DNA of 32,000 nucleotides from Edaphobacter aggregans. Lineage in GTDB: Bacteria > Acidobacteriota > Terriglobia > Terriglobales > Acidobacteriaceae. Positions 8,682 through 15,963 of this stretch are shown here, in pieces. Each line of letters starts with the position of its first letter. Within the stretch, counting starts at the first letter, position 1. Under the pieces are notes generated by a model that was not told the DNA's origin, did not search any database, and was given only the letters and a program-made list of their open reading frames with translations. The stretch is from NCBI RefSeq assembly GCF_003945235.1, contig NZ_RSDW01000001.1, positions 6,000,001 through 6,032,000 on the forward strand, written 5' to 3'. The position numbers and the translations under genes are program-made.

Positions 8682-9066
8682 TTGCCAGAGAGATTCGCGA
8701 CCTTCTCTTATGGCGAACCATTAATGTAAGTGGTACAAGCAAAGCTGCACCGAAGGGAATGTTTATCAAAACCCAGGGAGTCTGCGTAATTGAATGCCAA
8801 AACGCTCCTACGATGATGACCATTCCAACAAAAGCCGTGAAAAACACAAAAAGTGGCAGTGCCGGCTTCCATCTCAGGAGAAGAGCTATACCGAGCACAG
8901 CCAAGAAGAGTGCTGGAAGCGTGAGCGGGGTAAGATCACGCATACCTACTCCGTGCAATTCTCTTGCGCGATGATTCGAAAACCATACCAATCCAATCAC
9001 AGCGGCAGCACAGGCACATAGCACCCCGTATGCCGTTGAGTAGATCGAATCTATTTTGGTTCTCAT
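8671..9066 (-). CDS. Hypothetical 131-aa membrane protein (about 4 TM) inserted between nuoD and nuoE
   Basis: ATG at 9066-9064 overlaps the nuoD TGA as ATGA. Sequence MRTKIDSIYSTAYGVLCACAAAVIGLVWF...LTPLTLPALFLAVLGIALLL...PLFVFFTAFVGMVIIVGAFW...WVLINIPFGAALLVPLTLMV, ending in a basic tail HKRRSR. The 268-aa ORF in the track is this gene plus a spurious Arg-rich extension that overlaps nuoD in another frame. Confidence 0.65.
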   Translation of the reverse strand: MRTKIDSIYSTAYGVLCACAAAVIGLVWFSNHRARELHGVGMRDLTPLTLPALFLAVLGIALLLRWKPALPLFVFFTAFVGMVIIVGAFWHSITQTPWVLINIPFGAALLVPLTLMVRHKRRSRISLANGH

Positions 9067-10340
9067 CGATCGATCTCTCCAAGCACGATATCGATCGATC
9101 CAATAACCGCAACAACGTCGGCGAGCAGTCTGCCTTTGCACATCGTCTCGAGCGCCTGCAGCGTCGCATACGACGGGTTGCGCATGTGCACTCGGTACGG
9201 CTTGGCGGTGCCGTCGGAGACGACGTAGTAGCCCATCTCGCCGCGGGGAGATTCGACGGCCTGGAAGACCTCTCCTGCGGGAACGGCGAAGCCTTCTGTG
9301 ACGATCTTGAAGTGATGGATGAGCGACTCCATCTGAGTCTTCATCTGTTCGCGGTCTGGCAGGACGATCTTCGGTGCGTCGGCGACGATGCGGCCCTCCG
9401 GCAACCCGTCTAGCGCCTGTTGGCAGATCTTGACCGACTCGCGCATCTCGTCCATGCGGACGATGTAGCGAGCCCACACATCACCAATGTCAGACACCGG
9501 CACCTTGAACTGAAACTTCTCGTAGCCCGAGTAGGGCATGTCGCGGCGAAGGTCCCAGTCGACGCCCGAGGCGCGCAGAGGCGGCCCTGTGACTCCCAGT
9601 GCGATGGCGTCCGCAGCCGAGAGATAGCCTACGCCCTTGAGGCGGTTGATCCAGATGGGATTGCCGGTCAGCAGATTTTCGTACTGCTGAATGCGGTCCG
9701 GCATGATGTTCAGGAAGTCCTGAACCTGCTTGTAGAAGTCCAGCGGCGGTTCGAGCGAGAGGCCGCCGATGCGGAAGTAGCTGGTCATCATGCGCTGACC
9801 GGCTACGTTCTCGAAGATGCGGAGGATGTCTTCGCGCTCGCGGAAGCAGTAGAGGAAGACGGTGAGCGCGCCGATGTCCATGGCGTGCGTGCCGAGCCAG
9901 ACGAGGTGCGACTGGATACGGGTCAGCTCGTTGAGCAGCACGCGGAGGTACTGGGCGCGTTCGGGAATCTCGAGGCCGAGCAACTTCTCCACTGCGAGGC
10001 AGTAGGCGAGGTTGTTGGTCATCGGGCAGAGATAGTCGATGCGGTCGGTCAGCGGAACGACCTGCTGGAAGAATTTGGCCTCACAGGTCTTCTCGATGCC
10101 GGTGTGCAGGTAGCCGATGTCGGGGGCGAGCGAGACGACGGATTCGCCATCGATCTCGACCACAAGCCGAAGCACGCCGTGGGTCGAAGGGTGCTGCGGA
10201 CCCATGTTGATAACCATGGTCTGGTCGGCGAGGGGGTCCGAGCCGTGGTGCTTGAGCTTCGCGTCGGCGACGACAGCCTCGATGCCGGGGTTGATCTGAT
10301 CTGGAGCGGGCATCTTTTCTTGATCCAGTACGGGTGCCAT
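9063..10340 (-). CDS. nuoD: NADH-quinone oxidoreductase subunit D (NuoD), 49-kDa subunit
   Basis: 425 aa. MGPQHPSTHGVLRLVVEIDGE, the YLHTGIEK segment and the C-terminal VIGSIDIVLGEIDR are typical NuoD / NiFe-hydrogenase large-subunit-like sequences. The ATG overlaps the nuoC stop as TAATG. Confidence 0.96.
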   Translation of the reverse strand: MAPVLDQEKMPAPDQINPGIEAVVADAKLKHHGSDPLADQTMVINMGPQHPSTHGVLRLVVEIDGESVVSLAPDIGYLHTGIEKTCEAKFFQQVVPLTDRIDYLCPMTNNLAYCLAVEKLLGLEIPERAQYLRVLLNELTRIQSHLVWLGTHAMDIGALTVFLYCFREREDILRIFENVAGQRMMTSYFRIGGLSLEPPLDFYKQVQDFLNIMPDRIQQYENLLTGNPIWINRLKGVGYLSAADAIALGVTGPPLRASGVDWDLRRDMPYSGYEKFQFKVPVSDIGDVWARYIVRMDEMRESVKICQQALDGLPEGRIVADAPKIVLPDREQMKTQMESLIHHFKIVTEGFAVPAGEVFQAVESPRGEMGYYVVSDGTAKPYRVHMRNPSYATLQALETMCKGRLLADVVAVIGSIDIVLGEIDR

Positions 10341-10831
10341 TAGCGGTAGCCCTCCACCGGGTAGTCCTTGCGAAGCGGATTCCCATTCCAGTCTTCGGGC
10401 ATCATAATGCGCCGAAGGTTGGGGTGGCCGCCGAAGTGAACGCCGAAGAGGTCGAAGACTTCCCGCTCGTAGAAGTTCGCCGAGGGCCAGACGGAGACGA
10501 TGCTGTCGATGGATGGGTCTTCGCTGTCGAGGCGAACAATGAGGCGGATGCGCTGCTTCAGCGAGAACGAGAGGATGTGATAGGTGATCTGGAACCGCGG
10601 TTCGGAGGGGTACCAGTCGACTGCTGTGACGGTCTCGAGGAAGTTATAGCCAGCCTGCTGAACTGCCTGACAGGCGACGACGACGTTCTCGCGGGCGACG
10701 GTGATGGTTAGCTCATTACGGTCGTATTTGGCATCAGTTGCGAGCGACGAAAGCGCTTTGACTGCCGCATTGTCGGGGTGGGCCGCGAAGACGGCTTCGG
10801 TGCCGATGAGGGCAGTCGCGGGATCGTACAT
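10340..10831 (-). CDS. nuoC: NADH-quinone oxidoreductase subunit C (NuoC), 30-kDa subunit
   Basis: SVWPSANFYEREVFDLFGVHFGGHPNLRRIMMPEDW is the NuoC signature. I chose the ATG at 10831-10829 (MYDPATALIG...), which overlaps the nuoA TAA as TAATG. The track start at 10879 would overlap nuoA by 49 nt. Confidence 0.9.
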   Translation of the reverse strand: MYDPATALIGTEAVFAAHPDNAAVKALSSLATDAKYDRNELTITVARENVVVACQAVQQAGYNFLETVTAVDWYPSEPRFQITYHILSFSLKQRIRLIVRLDSEDPSIDSIVSVWPSANFYEREVFDLFGVHFGGHPNLRRIMMPEDWNGNPLRKDYPVEGYR

Positions 10832-11244
10832 TAGAGGTCTCCCTTGTCGTTGGCCCAATCGAGGATGCCCTTCTTCCATACGTAGAAGAGGCCGACCGCT
10901 ACGAAGCCGAGGTAGACGAGCATCTCGTAGAAGCCGAACATGGCCGAGCCGGTAATGGCAGGCAGGCGGCGGAAGATCACGGCCCAGGGAAGCATAAAGA
11001 CGGCTTCCACGTCGAAGAGGATAAAGAGCATCCCGACCATGTAGAAGCGCACGGAGAAGCGGCCCCGGGCATCGCCGATGGGGTCCATGCCGCTCTCGTA
11101 GGTGCTGGCCTTGGTGCGGGAGTTTTTATGCTTGCCGATGAGGAACGAGACACCCACCATGCCGCATGCAAGTCCAAGGGCAACAAGAATCTGCAGTACC
11201 AGAGGAAGGTAATTCCAAACGTAGGGATAAGTTTGCATGGGCAT
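10831..11244 (-). CDS. nuoA: NADH-quinone oxidoreductase subunit A (NuoA)
   Basis: Three TM segments plus YESGMDPIGDARGRFSVRFYMVGMLFILFDVEAVFMLPWA, the NuoA/ND3 signature. The track start at 11271 is TTG. ATG codons at 11244 and 11238 are more likely, so the exact start is uncertain. Confidence 0.9.
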   Translation of the reverse strand: MPMQTYPYVWNYLPLVLQILVALGLACGMVGVSFLIGKHKNSRTKASTYESGMDPIGDARGRFSVRFYMVGMLFILFDVEAVFMLPWAVIFRRLPAITGSAMFGFYEMLVYLGFVAVGLFYVWKKGILDWANDKGDL

Positions 11245-11301
11245 CTTCGACTCTAAGATTGCGGCTGGCAAGTGTCAAGCCGAGCGCAGCTTGTTGTGCG
11301 G

Positions 11302-12234
11302 CTATCGGAAGAGTGCCAAGTATTTGTCGATGAGCGTGTTGCCCCAGAGCGCGGCGATGAGTCCCCCAGCCGACAGAAAGCTGCCAAAGGGAAGCTTTGT
11401 CGCCGGGCCGCCTTTGCGTTGGAGGACGAGCCAGACCCCGTAGAGGCTGGCAAGGAGGACTCCGATAAAGAGCGCAAGGATGGCTGGAGTGAAACCGAGG
11501 AAGGCGGCGATCATGGCGATGAGTTTTACGTCTCCGAGGCCCATGCCTTCGCGGTGACGGATGGCTTTATAGAGCCAGCGGATGATCAGGAGGAGCAAGG
11601 CGGCTCCGATGACTGAGAGGACACGGCCCCCGATGAGGGTCTCAGGACCGGTGAGGAAAACGTTGCCGGCATCGGTGACGCCTCCCGGGCTGGAGAGGTG
11701 GATACTGTGTTTGGTGAGAAGGACCTGATCTTCGTTGGGGCCAAGGAAGATCGCTTGTGTGCAGACAAAGAAGAGGCCGATGGCAATGCCCGTCAGGGTG
11801 AAGGCGTTGGGAAGGGTGAACGTCTGCCAGTCCATGACCATCAGGCCGATGAGGAGAAAGCCAAGGATGGCGAGGCTGATTGCACTCCAGCGCCAATCAG
11901 AAAGGTTGACGTCGTTACTGTGGTACTCGATAAACAGCGAGAACCATATACGGTTTGCTGCGAAAAGGAAAACCAAACCAACAGCCACTTCGACCAATGG
12001 GTAGCGCCAGGGGATTAGTTGCTTGCAATCGCGGCAACGGCCTCGGAGAAAGAGCCAGCTCAGGACGGGAATGTTGTCGTACCAGCGGATGGTCGCCCCG
12101 CACTGTGGGCAGCGGGAGCGCGGGTGGCCGATTGACTCGCCCTTGGGCAGACGCGAGATGCAGACGTTCAGGAAGCTGCCAAAGATCAGGCCGAGGACGA
12201 AGCCGACTACTTGATAAAGGACAAGCTGGGTCAC
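11302..12234 (-). CDS. pilD: Prepilin (type IV leader) peptidase, A24 family, PilD-like
   Basis: 310 aa. N-terminal LIFGSFLNVCISRLP. Paired Cys motifs RCPQCG...RCRDCK. Two catalytic-Asp contexts (LMVMDWQTFTLP and GMGLGDVKLIAMIAAFLG). GTG start at 12234-12232. Confidence 0.85.
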   Translation of the reverse strand: MTQLVLYQVVGFVLGLIFGSFLNVCISRLPKGESIGHPRSRCPQCGATIRWYDNIPVLSWLFLRGRCRDCKQLIPWRYPLVEVAVGLVFLFAANRIWFSLFIEYHSNDVNLSDWRWSAISLAILGFLLIGLMVMDWQTFTLPNAFTLTGIAIGLFFVCTQAIFLGPNEDQVLLTKHSIHLSSPGGVTDAGNVFLTGPETLIGGRVLSVIGAALLLLIIRWLYKAIRHREGMGLGDVKLIAMIAAFLGFTPAILALFIGVLLASLYGVWLVLQRKGGPATKLPFGSFLSAGGLIAALWGNTLIDKYLALFR

Positions 12235-12351
12235 GATTGAAGTATACGGTTTCGCCGTCCACCCTCTATGTGAAGTCTGGGAGCGGAAGTCCGGACCTAA
12301 GTCTCATTTTTCGAAGACTTTGAGACTAAAAGTACCGGTGGGGAGAAAACC

Positions 12352-13812
12352 TCAAAAGTCGACGTGCATGCGAACCGCTTGAACGAACGCCGGACCGCGA
12401 TCCCGGTTGTAGCCAGGATGCGTGATGTATTGGAGATCGAGCGCGTAGTAGACCCCGCGCCACGCGTGCAGGTTGTAATAGCCCTCTAGGATGTTCTCTC
12501 GACCGTAGTTCAGGTTGCCGTCGCCGAGGAGAAAGCCTAGGCCACCCAGCTTCAGATACGTTTGATGATCTTTTTTGATGGCGTTGGAGACGAAGGCTGC
12601 ACCCAGCTTGTCGAAGGGCCGCGACCAGCTGCGGCCAGAGTAGTCGCCGCCAAACGAAATGGTCTGATCGACCTCGGTGTAGGCGAAGGACTCGTGCTGG
12701 CCCTCGTTCCAGCCGAAGCGGGCGAATGCACGGAGGCTTGAAGTGATCTCCTGCTCGGCGTTGAGGGTGAAGCCATACTTTACTGAGCTGAACTGCCGAT
12801 GAGCGACGATGTCGGGCTTAGCATCCTGACCGGCGAGGTAGGCCTTGTTGGCGTCACGGTAGAGACCCATGTTCGCGTGGTTGACGAAACTGAGCACACG
12901 GACGGTGCCTTTGCGGTCGGGGGAGACGAGCTTGCCGAGCAGAGGTTTGCGGAGCTCGAACTCCATGTTCTGGCCGTTGGCCCGGCTGAAGGCCCAGTCG
13001 AGGTCGATGCCGTTCGCCACGGTGGGCATCGCGGCGAAACCGTAGCGGGCAGACCAGTCCTTATCGTGGTACTCGAGGACGGCTGCGTAGGTGTAGCCGC
13101 GCGTATCAGCCGCATAATCCCATGCCCCATTGTTGTCGACGGTCCAGTTCATGAACTGGAGGTGGCTGTCGGAGCCAACGGAGTTGATGTCGAAGTAGTC
13201 AGGGAGGCTCATCTTGCCGACGTGCAGCTCAAAGCGGCGTTCGGGGGCTTGTGTGGCCAGCGAGAAGGGCGTGCGTCCGCTGTCGACCAGCTTGTTGGTC
13301 AGGCCGATGGTCTGGTGGATCTGGACGCGGGCGATGTAGGGCTTGGAGCCGAGGTTGGGATTACGCACAACGTCGAGGTTGGTGAAGCCGGCCAGTCCGA
13401 GCGCCTGGCTGAGACCACGGCCTCCAGAGGACTCGAGGTCGAAGATGGCGTCGGTGTTGTAGCGCGGGTTGGTGTTTACCTGGAGCCCCGTGTAGAGGGT
13501 TCCGAGCAAGGAGGTTTTGTACTCGCCATTGCTGAGGAAGCTGTTTGGGCCCTCATAGAGCGAATGGAATGGGCCCTTGGACTGGAAGATGATGTTTGCC
13601 TGGCCGGTGATCAGGTAGCGTGTGTTTTCGGGATGGGGGAAGATGGTCGGGGAGCTATCGTCAGCGGGATCCGGGGCCTCGGGTAGGTGGTCGGCATGGC
13701 CAGGGCGTGAGTCGAAGGCGCTCTCCTGCTGGGCGATCAATCCGGCTGGGAAAAAGATAAGGGCAAGCGACAGCCAGAGGAGTCGACAGCCTCGGAGAGA
13801 GATTGAAATCAT
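12352..13812 (-). CDS. Outer-membrane beta-barrel porin, OprB-like (carbohydrate-selective porin family), putative
   Basis: Signal-peptide-like MISISLRGCRLLWLSLALIFFPAGLIAQQ from the ATG at 13812. The track start at 13887 would add 25 non-hydrophobic residues. Amphipathic strand pattern throughout and a C-terminal aromatic residue (RMHVDF). FQSKGPFHSLYEGPNSF and YYNLHAWRGVYYALDLQY resemble OprB-family porins from memory. Confidence 0.6.
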   Translation of the reverse strand: MISISLRGCRLLWLSLALIFFPAGLIAQQESAFDSRPGHADHLPEAPDPADDSSPTIFPHPENTRYLITGQANIIFQSKGPFHSLYEGPNSFLSNGEYKTSLLGTLYTGLQVNTNPRYNTDAIFDLESSGGRGLSQALGLAGFTNLDVVRNPNLGSKPYIARVQIHQTIGLTNKLVDSGRTPFSLATQAPERRFELHVGKMSLPDYFDINSVGSDSHLQFMNWTVDNNGAWDYAADTRGYTYAAVLEYHDKDWSARYGFAAMPTVANGIDLDWAFSRANGQNMEFELRKPLLGKLVSPDRKGTVRVLSFVNHANMGLYRDANKAYLAGQDAKPDIVAHRQFSSVKYGFTLNAEQEITSSLRAFARFGWNEGQHESFAYTEVDQTISFGGDYSGRSWSRPFDKLGAAFVSNAIKKDHQTYLKLGGLGFLLGDGNLNYGRENILEGYYNLHAWRGVYYALDLQYITHPGYNRDRGPAFVQAVRMHVDF

Positions 13813-14023
13813 GGAAAGACGATCTTCAGGCCCGCGCGTTAATAGAGTGCGAATGGGCGTGCGGAGGTCTGGCTTTTGGGTCGTCATAGCTGTTTCTTTC
13901 GCTGTCGTCAGGTCCGGGTCTAATCAATACTATACCCCCCTACAGTATAAGGCCAAAACTCAATTTTAAACAGGAACGCGCCTTGGCATCTCGCTTGAAC
14001 AAATTTTTAGAAAGGCCTGCCGG

Positions 14024-14245
14024 CTAGCGGCTTCTTGCTCCGACGGCCACAAGGCCAACACCACTTAGCAGGGCGACAGTGCTCAGGATTGGTGAGATGG
14101 GCAGGGTGTCCTTGGTTTGGTGCGAGATTTGTACGGGGCCGAGGTCTACGTCCTTCTTTCGGTGCGTGAAGGAAAGTCCGCCAGTGGCAAAGCCGATGAT
14201 GCCGAAAAGAATGAGGAGAAATCCGATAATGGTTGCGGGTTTCAA
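14024..14245 (-). CDS. Small two-TM membrane protein (73 aa), function unknown
   Basis: MKPATIIGFLLILFGIIGFATGGLSFT...ISPILSTVALLSGVGLVAVGARSR has two clear hydrophobic helices. TTG start at 14245-14243, with AGGAAAGG about 14 nt upstream. Confidence 0.5.
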   Translation of the reverse strand: MKPATIIGFLLILFGIIGFATGGLSFTHRKKDVDLGPVQISHQTKDTLPISPILSTVALLSGVGLVAVGARSR

Positions 14246-14450
14246 TGGATGGGGAACCTTTCCTGCTCGGAAGTTTTCAAATACGACATCCTGATGTGAT
14301 GCGTATCTTGCTGTAAGCAGCAGCCTTGAGCGAGGCGTTTGGTTGAAACTTGTGGAGGAAGAGCATCAGGTGTAGTCTGCGTGTACACGGGAAAGGAGGA
14401 TGATCCAGCCTATGAAAATTGACAGTAATAGTTGCATCACAACACGTGAG

Positions 14451-14550
14451 GTGACTGAGGCTTAGAGCGTCCTAGCTCTAGTCCTGGCGGTCTTCAGTTC
14501 GCTGAAAGTTCTACGCCGAGGCCAAGTCCGAGCATGGACGCCTCAGGTCA
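14451..14550 (+). promoter_or_regulatory. Candidate structured cis-regulatory leader RNA upstream of thiG (unclassified)
   Basis: Nested helices read directly from the sequence:
- CTGAGGC 14455-14461 pairs with GCCTCAG 14540-14546.
- Hairpin TAGAGC/GCTCTA at 14463-14480.
- GTCC 14481-14484 pairs with GGAC 14536-14539.
- GGCG 14486-14489 pairs with CGCC 14514-14517.
- UUCG-capped hairpin at 14493-14506.
It is followed by a terminator hairpin. It does not match any riboswitch class I can recognise. Confidence 0.35.
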
Positions 14551-14567
14551 ATCTCAACAGTTCACCG

Positions 14568-14619
14568 ACAGACGGCTCGCGACTCCTGATGGAGTACGAG
14601 CCGTCTGTGTTTTGGCTTT
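14568..14619 (+). terminator. Intrinsic terminator / attenuator hairpin immediately upstream of the thiG start codon
   Basis: Perfect 12-bp stem: ACAGACGGCTCG (14568-14579) pairs with CGAGCCGTCTGT (14597-14608). An inner CTCC/GGAG extension lies within it. It is followed by GTTTTGGCTTT and ends 3 nt before the ATG at 14623. Confidence 0.7.
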
Positions 14620-14622
14620 AGA

Positions 14623-15402
14623 ATGGCAGCTATGACACCTCTGGTTATTGCGGGCAGGGCCTTTCAATCGCGTCTTATTGTCGGGACAGGAAAGTACAAA
14701 GATGGGCCGGAGACTCAGGCGGCGATTGAGGCTTCGGGTGCAGAGATGGTGACGGTTGCGGTCCGGCGGGTGAATCTGGACCGGTCGAGTGAGTCGCTCC
14801 TGGACTATATCGATCCACAGAGATACTTCCTTCTGCCGAATACGGCTGGGTGCTACACGGCTGATGAGGCGATTCGTGCGGCTCGGCTGGGACGCGAGGT
14901 GGGGCTTTCGGACTGGGTGAAGATCGAGGTTATTGGCGATCAGCAGACGCTGTATCCGGATGTTCAGGCGACACTTGAAGCGACTCGGGTGTTGGTAAAG
15001 GAAGGGTTTACAGTTCTTCCATATACCTCTGATGACATTGTGTTTGCCAAACGGCTTATTGATGTGGGCGCGGCGGCGGTGATGCCTCTAGGGGCTCCGA
15101 TTGGGAGTGGGCTGGGACTGCAGAACACGGCGAATCTGCGGATATTGCGGGAACTGATTACCGAGGTGCCGCTGATTGTGGATGCGGGGGTTGGGACGGC
15201 GTCGGATGCTGCGGTGGCGATGGAGCTTGGCTTCGATGCCGTGCTGATGAATACGGCGATTGCACAGGCGAAAGATCCCCTGCTTATGGCTGAGGCGATG
15301 CAGCATGCGGTGTTGGCGGGACGGCAGGCATTTCTGGCGGGCAGGATGCCTCGGAAGCTGTATGCGACGGCTAGCTCGCCGCTTGAGGGAATATCTCGCT
15401 AG
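14623..15402 (+). CDS. thiG: Thiazole synthase ThiG
   Basis: 259 aa. [32 protein letters not shown] and [32 protein letters not shown] are characteristic ThiG motifs. ATG confirmed at 14623. Confidence 0.95.
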   Translation: MAAMTPLVIAGRAFQSRLIVGTGKYKDGPETQAAIEASGAEMVTVAVRRVNLDRSSESLLDYIDPQRYFLLPNTAGCYTADEAIRAARLGREVGLSDWVKIEVIGDQQTLYPDVQATLEATRVLVKEGFTVLPYTSDDIVFAKRLIDVGAAAVMPLGAPIGSGLGLQNTANLRILRELITEVPLIVDAGVGTASDAAVAMELGFDAVLMNTAIAQAKDPLLMAEAMQHAVLAGRQAFLAGRMPRKLYATASSPLEGISR

Positions 15403-15420
15403 ACTCAAGCTCGATAGTCG

Positions 15421-15431
15421 GAACATTGTTC
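15421..15431. promoter_or_regulatory. Perfect 11-bp palindrome GAACATTGTTC 22 nt upstream of the ruvC start
   Basis: GAACA-T-TGTTC read directly from the sequence. It resembles a GAAC/GTTC SOS-type half-site pair but with a 3-nt rather than 4-nt spacer. Confidence 0.3.
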
Positions 15432-15453
15432 GAAATGCAGTAAACTTTCGCCC

Positions 15454-15963
15454 ATGCGAGTGTTCGGGATTGATTGCGGGACGGAGTTTACCGGCTATGG
15501 TGTGGTCGGGGTGGACTCGGAGGCACGAATGCCTCGTTTAGTGCATGTCGCCGCGGGGACGATCCGGCTCAGCAAAAAAGAGAAGACGCCACAGCGGCTG
15601 GCGCAGGTTTATGCGGAACTGACGGCTTTGATGGCGCTGCATCAGCCCGAGGTTGTGGCCATCGAAGAGGTCTTCTTTTCGGCGAATGTGAAGTCGGCAC
15701 TGAAGTTGGGGCAGGTGCGTGGGGTGGCGATGCTGGCGGCGGCGAGCTGCGGGCTTCCGGTGGCCGAGTATGCGCCGCTGTCGATCAAGAGTTCGGTCGT
15801 GGGGTATGGGCTGGCGGCCAAGGAGCAGGTGCAGTTTATGGTGGCGCGGTTGCTGGAGTTAAATCATGCGTTTGATTCGGCAGACGCAGCGGATGCTCTT
15901 GCGATCGCCATCTGCCACATCCATACTTCGCAGACGCAGCAATTACAAGGTATTGGCCGATGA
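15454..15963 (+). CDS. ruvC: Crossover junction endodeoxyribonuclease RuvC
   Basis: 169 aa. MRVFGIDCGTEFTGYGVV (first catalytic Asp), VVAIEEVFF (Glu) and DAADALAIAICH (C-terminal Asp pair). Confidence 0.94.
   Translation: MRVFGIDCGTEFTGYGVVGVDSEARMPRLVHVAAGTIRLSKKEKTPQRLAQVYAELTALMALHQPEVVAIEEVFFSANVKSALKLGQVRGVAMLAAASCGLPVAEYAPLSIKSSVVGYGLAAKEQVQFMVARLLELNHAFDSADAADALAIAICHIHTSQTQQLQGIGR

Noticed and set aside
8322-8729. 135-aa plus-strand ORF across the nuoD-nuoE insertion
   Set aside because: It is antisense to the two coupled minus-strand ORFs. It has no RBS or operon logic on the plus strand, in a region where every other gene is on the minus strand.
9067-9477. N-terminal 137 codons of the 268-aa track ORF 8671..9477
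   Set aside because: This part overlaps nuoD in another frame and is Arg-rich. The ATG at 9066 forms an ATGA junction with the nuoD stop and begins the hydrophobic protein.
10832-10879. Extended nuoC start (track start 10879) and the TTG nuoA start at 11271
   Set aside because: The extension would overlap nuoA by 49 nt. The ATG at 10831 gives the common TAATG coupling. For nuoA, the ATG codons at 11244 and 11238 are more plausible than the upstream TTG.
14451-14608. TPP (THI-box) riboswitch upstream of thiG
   Set aside because: The sequence contains CUGAGG and CCUGAU. However, CUGAGG is buried in a helix and the two elements are about 130 nt apart. The CUGG...CCAG helix (P5) and the GCGUAGGGA segment are absent. 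I kept the region as an unclassified leader instead.
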